Below, in pieces: positions 50,101-63,494 of a stretch of 64,000 nt of DNA. Source of the stretch: Obrimoposthia wandeli (taxonomy: Eukaryota); contig CDROCS010002188.1 of the NCBI GenBank assembly GCA_977020255.1, forward strand, positions 1 through 64,000. Reading direction: 5' to 3'. Position 1 is the stretch's first letter. Every line of letters begins with the position of its first letter. The translations under genes were made by a program, and so were the position numbers. Under the pieces are notes generated by a model that saw nothing but the letters and a program-made list of their open reading frames with translations, searched no databases and was not told the DNA's origin.

Positions 50101-51139
50101 TTAAATTTCGAATTTTCTTTACAATTTTTTAATAAAATAAAGTGACTAAAAAGATTTTAGAATTAAGCAAACCAAATAAATTTTATCATTATCCGAAGTA
50201 ATTATGATCATTTTCGATTGCTTTTTTTATTTATTATGAGAAAAATCATTTTAATTTCAGTGTTATAGAAAAGCGAAATTGAATTTTCGATTTTACGTAA
50301 ATTTGAAATTAGAGTTTCAAAGTAACAAAAATTGAAAATTTATCAAACTTTTCATCTTATGATTTTTGGTGTAACAATACTCAACGATATTTACAAGTAA
50401 TAAATTTATGTATATTTTAAGTTTAACTTAATAATATTTTGCAAACTTTGTATAGTATTCTGAGCAATAAAATTACTTCATACCAAAATAAACATGCAAT
50501 TACTGGTACTTTAATAATTTACTATAATAAATTTAATTTAATTTAATTTAGATCATCAGTTTGAGACTGTTTCAATTCTGGGGCATCATTAATCTGAGAA
50601 ATGCTGCGGCAAATCAAACTGGAGAAAATCAATTTAGAACTTCATTTAGTTAAGAATTAGATCTTCAAATCATTAAACAATGGAGTCGAAAACTGTGACC
50701 ATTGAAAGCATTCGATCTTCGGAAAGAATTTCAATTTCACTAAATTTGACGTTACCGTTTCTTTGATCTGTCATAGCCAATAGGTGAAACGGGAAATGAA
50801 GAAGCTGAGAACCAATGAAAATGATTTCTTCATATTCTTAATTTAAAATTTTATAATGGAAAATATCTTACTGAATTTGATATGTTAATCTATCTTAAAG
50901 AGCCATTATAATAATTGTAGTTTAACCGATATAGATTTTGTAAATTTGTTTAATTTGATTGGTTTAATACCAGAATGGTAATTGACCGGTAAGTTACAAA
51001 ACATAGCACTATACTTTATAATTCTATTGCATAATCCTAAATAATGTTCAAAAAACTGTTTAAATTGTTACTATTTTTGAAATTGACACTATTCTATTTA
51101 ATTATTTTAAATTTAAATAATATATAACTACTTTTACTT

Positions 51140-53428
51140 AAAACAGCCATTCGGGTCTGTTGGCCGATAGAAAGAACTGATTTACAATTTTGTTTCAATA
51201 ATAAATTTGTGATTCAGTGTAATTCAATTAAATATTATGCCATAAATAAAATTAGCAACAAAAAATATTGCGAAAATTGAGAAAATTGAGAAATGAAAAC
51301 GTAAATGAAGAAAATGAATCGACTACGAATGAAGAAGAATCAAAATCAACAAATGTTTCTATTTCCAAAACGGAAGAATTGACATCGAACGAAGATACTT
51401 TATCCCAACACCAAGCTATGCAACACACAAATTGTTGAATTGTTTCTCAAAATTTCCTGAAACATCACGTGGTTCTACAAAATGATTATGTCAAAGAATT
51501 GATTAAATATAAAACTGTTGTAGTAAAAGAACACGAGTCTATTGTATGATTGTTGTTGTGGTAAGAGGAACACGAGTATGTTGTATGATAGGTTGGAGTT
51601 TGGATGATGGGTTGTTGATTGTTGTGAGAGTTTGTCTGGTTGTTGGACGGACGATTGTTTCGTAGGACTGCTTTTTAATTTTGTTGTCGATTTTCGTTCA
51701 ATTTGATTTTTGAACTGGTTTGTTATTTGATTTTTTGCTAATTAAATTAGCAACGGGTTTCTCTTAATTCCTGTATCGATATTAATCGATACCATAATGC
51801 ATCTATTTTACATCTATCTTTTAGGGATTACTATTGCCATCACACACATCATCATTTTTACCACTATTTATTCATTTTTATTTTATAAACTTTATTTTTA
51901 TTTGATTTTATTAACAATTCTATTTGAAATTAAGTCACAACAAAGACATATTTGTGGAGTTATTTGATAAATGAAACTCCGAAGATATTGTTATATTTAC
52001 TAATCTGGAACCTGAGACTAAAGGAATTAAGGATTTCGTTATAGATACATTAGAGCTGTAAGCACTTATTGGATTGTGTCTATAAAAAGGAGGGTTGAAA
52101 GTCAGAAATGAATCATTGAACAATTTTTGGAGTACTGAAACATGTCGACCAATCTTTACTAAAACGATATCAAAAGTAGATTTAAAGTATAAGGTTTAAA
52201 GGATATTGTGACACAATTCTCAAAGGAATGAAGATCCCTTTTTCTTTTTATCAGAGAAATTTTGTCACCTTCAATTCCAATAGCGTCAAAAGCATAGAGC
52301 TCATGAATCAGTTCAAGAAATTTAGTATCAAATTTTGGCATCGTGATTTAAGTTCTTATTATGTATTAAATTAATTTCCTTTTATTGGAAAGGATGCTGA
52401 TCGAGCTGAAGTTGGACTTGTTGATGAAACTGTGTTGAAGTTAGTGAATGATTTAGAAGTTGGTATAAATATTAAAATAATTGACTCCCGCAAATCTTTG
52501 GTTGGAACAGCATGAACAAGTAGAAAAAATCCAAATGAAATTAAACAATTATTGATAAACATTATATACGTCGAAATACCTTTATTCGGATGTATCAACA
52601 TAGTTGGCATATAAATCAAAACAGAAAAATCAGTGTATTTACCTTTAAATTCTATAAACAAATAAAAACTTGTTGATTTTTATAATGACTAAAATAGGAG
52701 TTGATATAACTGATGAAATTCTGAAATTTTACACAACGAAATCTAGTTTGGAAATTTGTACTTTGAATTCGTACATAATATCTAATGATTTTAAAATGTG
52801 TTCTTTATCAAGACGAAACTTTTTATTTTTCTTAGTTAAGTCTTTATGTGAGAAGCATTTGAAAAGAAAAAAGTTAAAATTAATGAAGAACAGCTTGTTT
52901 ATGTAAAAAGATTAAACAAAAATTATGTATTCAGGTTGTTCGTTATATCAATGTGGCACATGTTCTTCTGAAACCTGTATTAAATTTTTCCATAAATATA
53001 ATTTGGTCTTACATTTTTGTCCACATACTCGGAAAGTAGCTGAATAATTAGGCACCATAGTACATTTTCTTTCTTGGTATATTTTGTCAGAACATAAATT
53101 ATAAACTCCAATACTGATATTTTTTTTAAACCACAAATTAAATACATCTCGTACACATAAATTCTTTACAACTTCAAATTCTTTTTCAATTTCAAATCTT
53201 TTACAACTGCACACTTTAATGCACATAATTGTTGGTGCATTTTTATATTAATAAATACAGTTTTGATTAGTTTTTAACACTTATTCTTTATAGTTCATTC
53301 ATAAATAAACTATGGGTATTGGTTTTAACAGTAAACATTAATAACTTATACACGTTTGTTGAATCTATCGCCGGACAATTGACTGGTAGATCTGTTTATG
53401 TAAATAAATGTTGGCCGTCTTGGGGTTA
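51140..53428 (+). mobile_element. Degenerate piggyBac transposon (left boundary approximate)
   Basis: ALIGL..FWS..RPIFTKTIS, KFGI.FW, TKIGVDITDE, C-terminal YQCGTC..C; right end GGCCGTCTTGGGG-TTAA. Confidence 0.7.
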
Positions 53429-54344
53429 AGTGATGAAATAAAATTTTAAAGAATATATGGAAGGCGATCAGTTGAATTCCAAAGTCGAGAGAAACGATTG
53501 TTTCGCTAATTAATTCGGCTAAGTTAACAGTATATTGGAACTCAAATATTGAGCCGAAAGAACAAAAACGGCTAATTCAATAATTAAAAGTTAAAGATTT
53601 CTATTTTATTTTAGAAAGTTCTCTTTTCAAACAAAAAGAAAACGCTAAACAAATAATTCCATTAAACTTTGGCATTTGTAAACACGAAAATTATTTTCAC
53701 AAGTTCAATAAAGAATCCTTATAGGTGGCACTTTACTGAAGGATCATGAAAGTATTTTGATTAATGGTGCCATTTTTGTTTTATGTTTTGGGCTCTCTCA
53801 ATTGTTAACATTCTGGTTTTATGATCATTATATGGTTTTAGTTTCAATATTTAAGTTACATTTTAATTTCATTATTAATGCATTTTAATCAGATAGATTT
53901 ACGACTATCTTATTCAATACTTATTCAATAATAATCAGCTTAGGACTTTCTAAGTTTTCGTCGAAATCAGAGTTTGGTTTAAACTCTAATACTGTCCGTT
54001 GGGAAATAAATAATTGTGGCGAACAGTGCCCATAAGAATGCCTTGGATTTGATTGATAAACGGACAGGATTCAGCCGGGACTTAGGTGACGATATGCAAA
54101 CATCAGCAGTGCACAATAGAAAAACAACTCGGTCGAGTTAGCAATACAAGATCATTTGGACTTACTTATCTTCAAATTAAATTTTAGGTAGATATGAATA
54201 AAACTTTTATTGTATGTAATTTCGAGAATTGTCCTGCATTTCGCGACCGCAGGCTCTTACCGGGATTTAGCCAAGATGTAAATGAGTTAATACAAGAGAA
54301 AGGGGTCAAATGAAAAATCCATGACACCGCTCTAAAACCCCAAT

Positions 54345-55115
54345 AAGAGCCCACTGGCACACTGTTCCTAAAGGGGGAAAAGGTTGAATGAAAATAACAC
54401 CAAAACTGGCCTATGCCGTGTAAAAGGTACTTTAAATATTTAATTCAAATAAAGTTTGTTAACTTTTAGCAAATCTTTATCAAGACCATTAATAATAAAT
54501 GTAAGTAGTTTATAATGTATGTGATAATATAATTATATAAAATTTTGCAGATTACAGTGCACCTGATACAAATAATGGAAGGACATCCTAGGGTTGCATG
54601 TCATCATGATAGAAACACAGCAAAAGTATGCACCTGTTGTGGTAAAAAGATTATATTTGGAAAAAACAACCTATAAAACAGATCAAAGAATGCTGCTCTA
54701 TCATGTGCAAAGATTTTCTAATAAAAATTAAGAAACAAGGAATAGCATGTTTCCAGTAGCTCTTCATATTTCATTTAAACTTGGTCTTTGTGAAGGTGCA
54801 AAAGGAACGTATCAGATCATTTTAATTCCGACACCAAATTTCAAAGACATTGTGCTTCATAAAGTAACCAGGAGTCGTGATAAAGAATGCAATGGTTACA
54901 TATGTTTGACCGATAGACCTATAAGTCACAAAACAAGTTGTGAAATGAAGAAGCCATGTAAGAAATATTAAATAATAAGGAGCAGCTACAATTTTATAAG
55001 AGACAGTTTTGGAATGCTAAGACAAGTACCTTTTACAAGGCATATGCCATTTTGGTGTCATTTTCATTCAACCGTTTTCCATTTATGAACAAGGTGCTGA
55101 ACATTTCCCAGTGGG
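54345..55115. repeat. Diverged inverted-repeat pair (about 85-bp arms, 590-bp spacer), probable non-autonomous DNA transposon
   Basis: GGTTGAATGAAAATAACACCAAAACTGGCCTATGCCGTGTAAAAGGTACTT (to 54432) matches the reverse complement of 55023-55075. Confidence 0.6.
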
Positions 55116-56042
55116 TGAGTTTTGGTCCCAATCAAATGATGATGGAGGTTTTCGAATGTTTTACTGAAAATTTAACCGGTAAAGGTATAGGAAAACAATA
55201 ATAGAAAGAAAACAAAGCCGTGATAGCATCTGAGTCAGACAACTGAATTTTTCAACAATTCACCGTATGACAATTCTCCCTAATATAAACTTTTCCAACG
55301 TTTACTTACAAAATGTTTATATTTTAAAGCCTCTTTCTCCTTATAAAATACAGAGAATTGGCCTAGGAAGAATTGAAGTCAGTGAATTGATACTTTGATA
55401 CACAATTACCCTCTCAGAAATTGTCTATTTCGGGGTTTCAATCACGGTCAAAAACAAGTACGAGTACGAGTGCAGAGAATCAGAAACAGCCACCCCGGGA
55501 GTGCAGTGAGGGATCGGTAACTAGGGGTGAATCTAGCCACTCACCTGAGAAGCAACAGCAACCTTGGACACGAAAAACAGGTCAAGGGCTTGATAATTAC
55601 AGTCGATTAAATACACAGTTCACACACGCACAAAATGACTATTAAACAATCGTATTAAATCAAGAATCTCAACAAAATTTCTGGTAACACTTCATTCCTT
55701 AATTATAATACTTTCTAGAATTAGTAAAATAAGAAATTCTACATATAAAGTTATAAGTAAAATAATTAAATAATATGAAATCGTTGAGCAATTATTTTAC
55801 AATGTATTCAAAAATGATAAATAAAGCTTCAATAAAATCATATCAAAACATTAATATTTCTGTTCTTAAGATTGTACAAACGGATATTGAGGTATTGAGC
55901 AGAATATTATATAGCTTATTACACTTTTTATCATCAAAATGAAATATGATACGACACTAGAATAAAATAGCAAAGCTTGACGGACGAAACAATTGACCAC
56001 ATTAAACCTATATTATGGGATAAATCGTAAAAAATGTCCTAC

Positions 56043-56101
56043 CGGATATCACTGGTCGAATCGGCAGCAGCTTGGTCGATCTCCCTGAAGTTGTTGGACA
56101 T
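56043..56101 (-). CDS. KIF19-like 59-nt exon
   Basis: Acceptor GTGTTTTCAG|, donor CG|GTAGGA; phase 0 to 2, the bridge needed between the 57803 and 47124 exons; MSNNFREIDQAAADSTSDIR. Confidence 0.7.
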
Positions 56102-57802
56102 CTGAAAACACCGAAATGATCCCATTACCCGAATAAAACCAAGTTTTAAAATATAGTTCTTCAGCTGATAAAATTTATTTTAATAGAATAACATTTATTT
56201 TAAGCGCATAAATCTGACAGATGTATACAACTGTTGAAATATTCACGATTTTTTGGCCAGTGTGTTATACATCTTTGGAGCAAAGGCCGAAAATATTTTC
56301 TTTTTAATTTGAATTCACTTTTTGTTTCGTCATTTCTCTAATTTATTGCAGTTCAAATCGTAGTTTCGGTTATTAGTTCACATGGGCTTTCTGAATGATT
56401 CACTTCTTTACACTTCCTTATTTTACAAACTTATTTTCTTTAACGGGCAACCAACCAGGCTTCTGATCTATTTATACTTTCAGTTGTTTTGAAAGCCAAT
56501 CGAACCATGAAAATATAATTTATATGATAAAAACGTTGTGTAATTTATACTGTTTGTTTTAACAAGTATTTTTGTATTTTAAATATTTTCTTATATTCAT
56601 AATTGCATCTTTTTACTGTTTTGTTCATTTGTGAAAAGCTTTGAAACAGAAATTTTAAATTCATTCGTGTTCACCGGCTTCGATACCGGATTTAATTACA
56701 TTCAAGTGGATAAAATTTAGTTCAGTTTAATCTTTCTCGAGTTTGAAGCATTTTGATTTCATCCATTGTTAAGGTCGTTTGGCATACTTTTAAATTTCAT
56801 GATTTGAAAGTACATCTTATGTTCTCAAGTAGATCGTAAACAAATCTGTTCTAGAGTTAATCGCTGAGGAACACCTGGTTTTAAACACAACTTTCTCATG
56901 TATATTGTTCGATTTTAACAATTTGTTTATGGGACTTCAAATAACTTTCAAATAATTCAGTTCAATATGAGGCAAATAAAATGATTTCGAAAAATAAAAT
57001 TGTATATTTTATTATTGTGCCTTTATATTTTAAGGCAATTTATCTACGCATTCAAAATTGAAAGTTATGTATTCTCAAGTCCTCGTTAATTATTTTAATT
57101 AATTCGCTACACTGTCGAGTTGAAAAGTCATTCTAACAACTATACCATTTGACTAACATTTTATAATTCACATTGATGAATTTAAAACGTGAGTCAATAA
57201 CTTTCCAAAATATATAAAATAATAATCCATCCAAAATGCATGATAAAATGTTAAATTTATTTTTAACTTTGAATATATAAATAAATAAAAAATACTTAAT
57301 TCAGTGGTTTGTAAAACAATAAGTAGGATTAATAAAAATATCATTTAGAGTTGAAACCAACCACTAGCCGACCGGAAAAATAAAATCAATTAGGAGACCT
57401 TTTACTATTTTTTGCGATATGCATTTGTCAACAATATTTGACCAAAATAAATAGGTTATATCCAGTTAACTTTATATTTTCTTTTTTACAACTGAAAAGA
57501 TAAACTTTAGTTATACGTTAATGTATTACTGATTCATAAAGGTATTAACATGTTTTAAATATGTAATTTTTCAGAAATATGGCCTGTTCAAACTATGATA
57601 GATTGAACATGTAAGTGCAAATGCCATATTTCAAAATCGTTTGTGTAATAAAAATCAATAGAAATCAACACATTTACGCACTGAATATATTTATTTACAT
57701 TTTGGGACTCATGCCTTTACTTTACATTTTTTATATGTTAGGGGACAATTTTGAAATTAAAAGACATTTCAATTTAATAGTCAATAGCGGATAATGCGTA
57801 AC

Positions 57803-58129
57803 CTTTTCCAGCTCCACAAGATCGCGCGCCAACCCCACCGCGATCTCGGGTTCGTCCTTGTCGTAGAGCTCCATGAGCATCTGAAGATCCTTGGGCAACG
57901 GCCCGGGCACGTTCTCAGCTATGTAGGCCGCCTGCGCGGCGATAACGCGGCTCGACAGGCCACAATGACGCAGTAGCGCCGCCTGCACCAGCTCGTGTCG
58001 AGAGCAGTGCTGCCGCAGCACCGCATTGTCTGTGCGCAGCTCTGTCTGTTGGATCTCGAGCCGGTGCAGACGACACAACAACTCCAGCGTCTGCCGTACA
58101 CGCCCGTGTCGCACTCGCTCTGGAATCGT
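57803..58129 (-). CDS. KIF19: Kinesin-8 (KIF19-like) stalk exon
   Basis: TIPERV..LELLCRLHRLEIQQTEL..VIAAQAAYI..LPKDLQMLMELY resembles, from memory, the KIF19 stalk LSLLCRVHELEVENTEM..IIQGQRQII..VPQRLEELYEVY; GT-AG boundaries, phase 0 to 0. Confidence 0.75.
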
Positions 58130-58205
58130 CTGTGCAGATTCGGAATTACCTTCAGCTTCATCTACTCCATAATTCATTGAATATCGATAATAAATTTCAA
58201 CCGAC

Positions 58206-58384
58206 CTTCTCCAGCTGCCGAATCTGACCGACATGGCCATCTAGCTCCTGCTCGAGCTTTTGCCGCTGAACCAGCAGCTTTTGTCTCTCCAGCCTGGTGA
58301 TGCGCAGCTCATTCCTCGCTATACGGACTTCCTCAGAATCCGCCAGAAAGTCCAGACCAGCCAGATCCAGAGACTTCTCCTCAA
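58206..58384 (-). CDS. KIF19: Kinesin-8 (KIF19-like) coiled-coil exon
   Basis: EEVRIARNEL..QKLEQEL..RQLEK; acceptor GTTTTGTCAG|, 76-nt intron to the next exon; begins in phase 1, so upstream exons exist. Confidence 0.7.
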
Positions 58385-59199
58385 CTGACAAAACACACAA
58401 TATCATTAGTCAATTTCCATTGTATGTTAAATGAGATTTTAACAAGTTTAATTGGTCACTGAAGTGCAGAAATTTAACTTTTTTAATGTTACGCAATTTC
58501 CGCCAATTAGTTAAACCGGAGCAAGTTATCGCAGATAAGTCCCTTGTCTTGGGGACTTTCTGGCATTTTTGTAATTGTTACGCGGTGATTCATTTCCCGG
58601 ACCAGGCGTTCGGCCACTGGACTAGTCGTTGTATATGTGCCGCGGTGAGCAGCAATTCAACTTGATTGGACAAAAGATGATCGTGGATGATTGTGAAGGC
58701 GTTATAAATAACACATGGAATGTTAAGAAGACGCTTTTTCTAAGAATTTTAAAAGAAAATACAACACAATAGCAATTTTAGATTTAAATTTAATTTTTTA
58801 TGCCAAGAAAGCATAGATTAATTGGTTTTTTAAAATAAAATATGAAATTTACATCGATAGATAAAACTTAGAACCAATACGAAATGTCTCAGAATTTCGT
58901 TTATATTTCACATAGTAAAATTATTAAGTTAAGTATCGATTTAGAATCGGGATATTTTATTATTCCATTATTTCAAGAGTAAATTAATCGTAAAATAACC
59001 CAATGCAGTCTTTATTATTTTGATTTAGTTATGTATTCATTGAAACAAAAATTTAGATCTAGTCAATAATAAGCCACAGAAACAGAGAGATACATCTTTT
59101 CTCAATTCTATTTTTAGTTGGGTCAGTCTTGGCTTAAACGTGTGTGGAGTTACACCATTATCATACTGACCCGTCTATTACGTTATCTGTCAGCTCATT

Positions 59200-60100
59200 T
59201 ATAGTGAGGGTCTTTTGTCACAGAAATTCGATTCTAACACTAAACCAGGCTTATATTGCTGTTGGTATATAATTAATGATTTCAATGTGGTCGAGCATAA
59301 AAGACTATGGCCACAGCACCTAGGCACCATATAGATCTCATGAATAATTCAGACATACAACTACAACACACTTCAAATTCAGCCTACAGTGCGGGGTTGG
59401 AGAGTCAGAGTTTGAGATTTTTGAGAAGTGTAGGAATGAGCCAGAGATGCAGATGTTGTCGACTCTTTTTTCTAAAAACATAAACAATATTTGTAAGATT
59501 TTCCACGATTACCTTAACCACCATCATCACTTCAGACAGGATCTATTAAAAAGCACCAGTATCTTCGCTAAATGCTTCTGTCATCAAGATACTATACTAC
59601 GACTCGATAGGCTACTCTGAGTAAACTTTCATCTATATAGCTGGAACTGAAGTTCTTCTACGAAATAACCCCGTTTTACCTAGCTCGATTCACAACTGAC
59701 AGGAGTGTTGATACCCAAAGGAGAGTGTGTTTCACGTTTCATGTGTTGCATTTGCGGCACCATCTATATGTTAACCCGGTCCCAACTCAACGTTGTCCAG
59801 GCCTTGGAAGTGTGGAACCAGCAGCGCGCTCAAGACTATCGCATCATTGAGGACAGCATCTCGAATACTGATCTTCCTCCATACCTACAATTGTAGACAA
59901 GTGCATGTGCCACTTCCTCCTCCTTGGCATTAAGTGCTCATTCGACGAAATGGGGAATCTGACGATGCCTCAGAGCTGCAGCTAGATCAATTGCAGTGGA
60001 AAAGGGTTCTCGCCTTTGTCATCACTGTCTCCATCAGCAGTCTCAGTCCTCTATCGATTTGGTCTGTCGACATCCTCAATCCGAGAACTCACAAAGAAGG
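59200..60100 (-). mobile_element. Probable very degenerate Ty3/Gypsy RT-RNase H remnant
   Basis: Traces of INTP, FQ.YID..L..VV.YLDD and a downstream LGAV motif; many stops. Confidence 0.35.
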
Positions 60101-61649
60101 TGGTAGTCAACTCAGTTAAGTGGAGTGTGAAGATCTACCACTTCCATTACTCAGCACCTTCGGCTTTACGCTAGCCGTCAATTGGGGAGAAAATGGTTTT
60201 AAATGTTTCATGGTTTCTTCAGGTCATATTTAGTGATTCGTCGGGACGTATATTTGCATATTTTCAACAAATCGTGAACTACCATCATGTATTTTATTTC
60301 ATTTTAAAACTCAGCTGAAGTAAAAATTGAATCTAAAAGCGAAGTCACTTCTGCATCAGTGATGTTCTGAAGAAGCACATGTGAGACTACAGAATCAACT
60401 GCAACGTATTACCACTTTTTAGCAGAGTTGTTGTGCTAACAATTCGTATGTAACCCACTTAAATCACGAGGCCAATGACCTTGAATTTAAATATAGCTCA
60501 TCTCCACTACTACATCAACTAAGAGTGGAGTAGAAGTCGGTCATACAGATGAGCAATGTGGTTGAGCTCATTGTCTCGTTTATGTTTCTAATGACACTGT
60601 CAACAACATTACAGAATCCCAATTCACCATAGACAAAGCTAGATCAAAGTGTAGACAATACAATACTGACTTTGTTTATAATAACACAACTACTGTACTA
60701 AACTTTCCAAAGTACCATTAAGTTAAAAGATAATAAACTCTTCGCAGCCCAGTTTATTATAACTCATAGAAGCTTATCAAATGGATGGGCTCCGCGACAT
60801 TAACACTTAAAATTATGGTTGCATACCTGAAAGATTTACTTTTAGAAAATTCCGTATAATTCGTCGTTAGTAAGGAGTACTCAGCGACATTATGGATAAA
60901 AATTCCGATTTAGTACATAAGTAGGTGGAAGGATGGAGTCTAAGCCACTTGACCCCCCCCCCTAAAGGGTGTCACTCCATAAGGATGTCACATCATAAAA
61001 GGTGTCTTGCCACACCATAAGGGTATATGTTGCCTCACCTTCGGTGACCCAACATGAAAGGGTAAAGTGGCTTAGTCTCCATCCATCTTTTAGTGATCTA
61101 GTCTCCACCCTTCTTTTTGTGATCTAGTCCATAATGAAAATTTATGATAAAGTTCACACTTAACAATTAAGAATGTATGACGTAATCATACACACACTAT
61201 TCTATGTGAAAATCAAGGCTAAAGTTCACTCTTATCAGTTAAGGAATGTGGTTTTTAACACACACACTATTCTATGTGAAAGTTTAGATCAAATTATTTT
61301 CCTAGGTTTTTCACATTTATAGAATTATGATAAAATTTCTTTAAATAACTTCAATTATATATTAAAATAAAATAAAATAAGAAAGAAGTCAGAGAATAAT
61401 ACAAAATTAAACACATTTATTATGTAATTTCATAATATCATCTTCAAACTTAAGTGAATAACATTTACAAAGTAAGAAAGTCCATTCTTTATACATTCTT
61501 TTCGTTTCAACGACTAAGTTACAACGGAATTAATAGAAAATTAGTAAAAATATTAATTTATTTGAATATTTGAATGAGAGTTTGAATAAATGAGAGGTAG
61601 AATGAATGTAAATGAATAAAATTATGCATGCAAGTATGAATGTCATTTA

Positions 61650-63494
61650 CAAGTAAGTGGGTTTAGCAAGTGAATGTAATTTTAAAAATAAGAGTGTCGA
61701 TAGTTTGATTGAATGCAAGTGTAATTTAGACTATAAGTAAATTAAAATAGAGTTTTTGTTGAATAAATTATAGTTAGATTGAATGCAAGTATGACGAGCA
61801 AGTGTTTGATAGTTTGAATTTTCAATACAAGTAAGTGGGTTTAGCAAGTGAATGTAATTTTAAAAATAAGAGTGTCGATAGTTTGATTGAATGCAAGTGT
61901 AATTTAGACTATAAGTAAATTAAAATAGAGTTTTTGTTGAATAAATTATAGTTAGATTGAATGCAAGTATGACGAGCAAGTGATTGATAGTTTGAATTTT
62001 CACAAGTAAGTGGGTTTAGCAAGTGAATGTAATTTAAAAAATAAGAGTGTCGATAGTTTGATTGAATGCAAGTGTAATTTAGACTATAAGTAAATTAAAA
62101 TAGAGTTTTTGTTGAATAAATTATAGTTAGATTGAATGCAAGTATGACGAACAAGTGATTTGATAGTTTGAATTTTCAATACAAGTAAGTGGGTTTAGCA
62201 AGTGAATGTAATTTTAAAAAAATAAGAGTGTCGATAGTTTGATTGAATGCAAGTGTAATTTAGACTATAAGTAAATTAAAATAGAGTTTTTGTTGAATAA
62301 ATTATAGTTAGATTGAATGCAAGTATGACGAGCAAGTGATTGATAGTTTGAATTTTCAATACAAGTAAGTGGGTTTAGCAAGTGAATGTAATTTTAAAAA
62401 TAAGAGTGTCGATAGTTTGATTGAATGCAAGTGTAATTTAGACTATAAGTAAATTAAAATAGAGTTTTTGTTGAATAAATTATAGTTAGATTGAATGCAA
62501 GTATGACGAGCAAGTGATTGATAGTTTGAATTTTCAATACAAGTAAGTGGGTTTAGCAAGTGAATGTAATTTTAAAAAAATAAGAGTGTCGATAGTTTGA
62601 TTGAATGCAAGTGTAATTTAGACTATAAGTAAATTAAAATAGAGTTTTTGTTGAATAAATTATAGTTAGATTGAATGCAAGTATGACGAGCAAGTGATTG
62701 ATAGTTTGAATTTTCAATACAAGTAAGTGGGTTTAGCAAGTGAATGTAATTTTAAAAAATAAGAGTGTCGATAGTTTGATTGAATGCAAGTGTAATTTAG
62801 ACTATAAGTAAATTAAAATAGAGTTTTTGTTGAATAAATTATAGTTAGATTGAATGCAAGTATGACGAGCAAGTGTTGATAGTTTGAATTTTCAATACAA
62901 GTAAGTGGGTTTAGCAAGTGAATGTAATTTTAAAAAATAAGAGTGTCGATAGTTTGATTGAATGCAAGTGTAATTTAGACTATAAGTAAATTAAAATAGA
63001 GTTTTTGTTGAATAAATTATAGTTAGATTGAATGCAAGTATGACGAGCAAGTGTTTGATAGTTTGAATTTTCAATACAAGTAAGTGGGTTTAGCAAGTGA
63101 ATGTAATTTTAAAAAATAAGAGTGTCGATAGTTTGATTGAATGCAAGTGTAATTTAGACTATAAGTAAATTAAAATAGAGTTTTTGTTGAATAAATTATA
63201 GTTAGATTGAATGCAAGTATGACGAGCAAGTGATTGATAGTTTGAATTTTCAATACAAGTAAGTGGGTTTAGCAAGTGAATGTAATTTTAAAAATAAGAG
63301 TGTCGATAGTTTGATTGAATGCAAGTGTAATTTAGACTATAAGTAAATTAAAATAGAGTTTTTGTTGAATAAATTATAGTTAGATTGAATGCAAGTATGA
63401 CGAGCAGTGATTGATAGTTTGAATTTTCAATACAAGTAAGTGGGTTTAGCAAGTGAATGTAATTTTAAAAAATAAGAGTGTCGATAGTTTGATT
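61650..63494. repeat. Satellite array, about 178-bp monomer, 10 full copies plus a partial
   Basis: CAAGTAAGTGGG at 61650, 61828, 62003, 62182, 62362, 62540, 62720, 62898, 63077, 63256, 63433; differences mostly in homopolymer length. Confidence 0.97.

Noticed and set aside
29060-60100. Uni-strand piRNA-cluster-like trap
   Set aside because: TE remnants lie in both orientations and sit in ordinary introns; sequence alone gives no support without small-RNA data.
61650-63494. CRISPR-like array
   Set aside because: Units are repeated along their whole length with no unique spacers; no cas genes; eukaryotic context.
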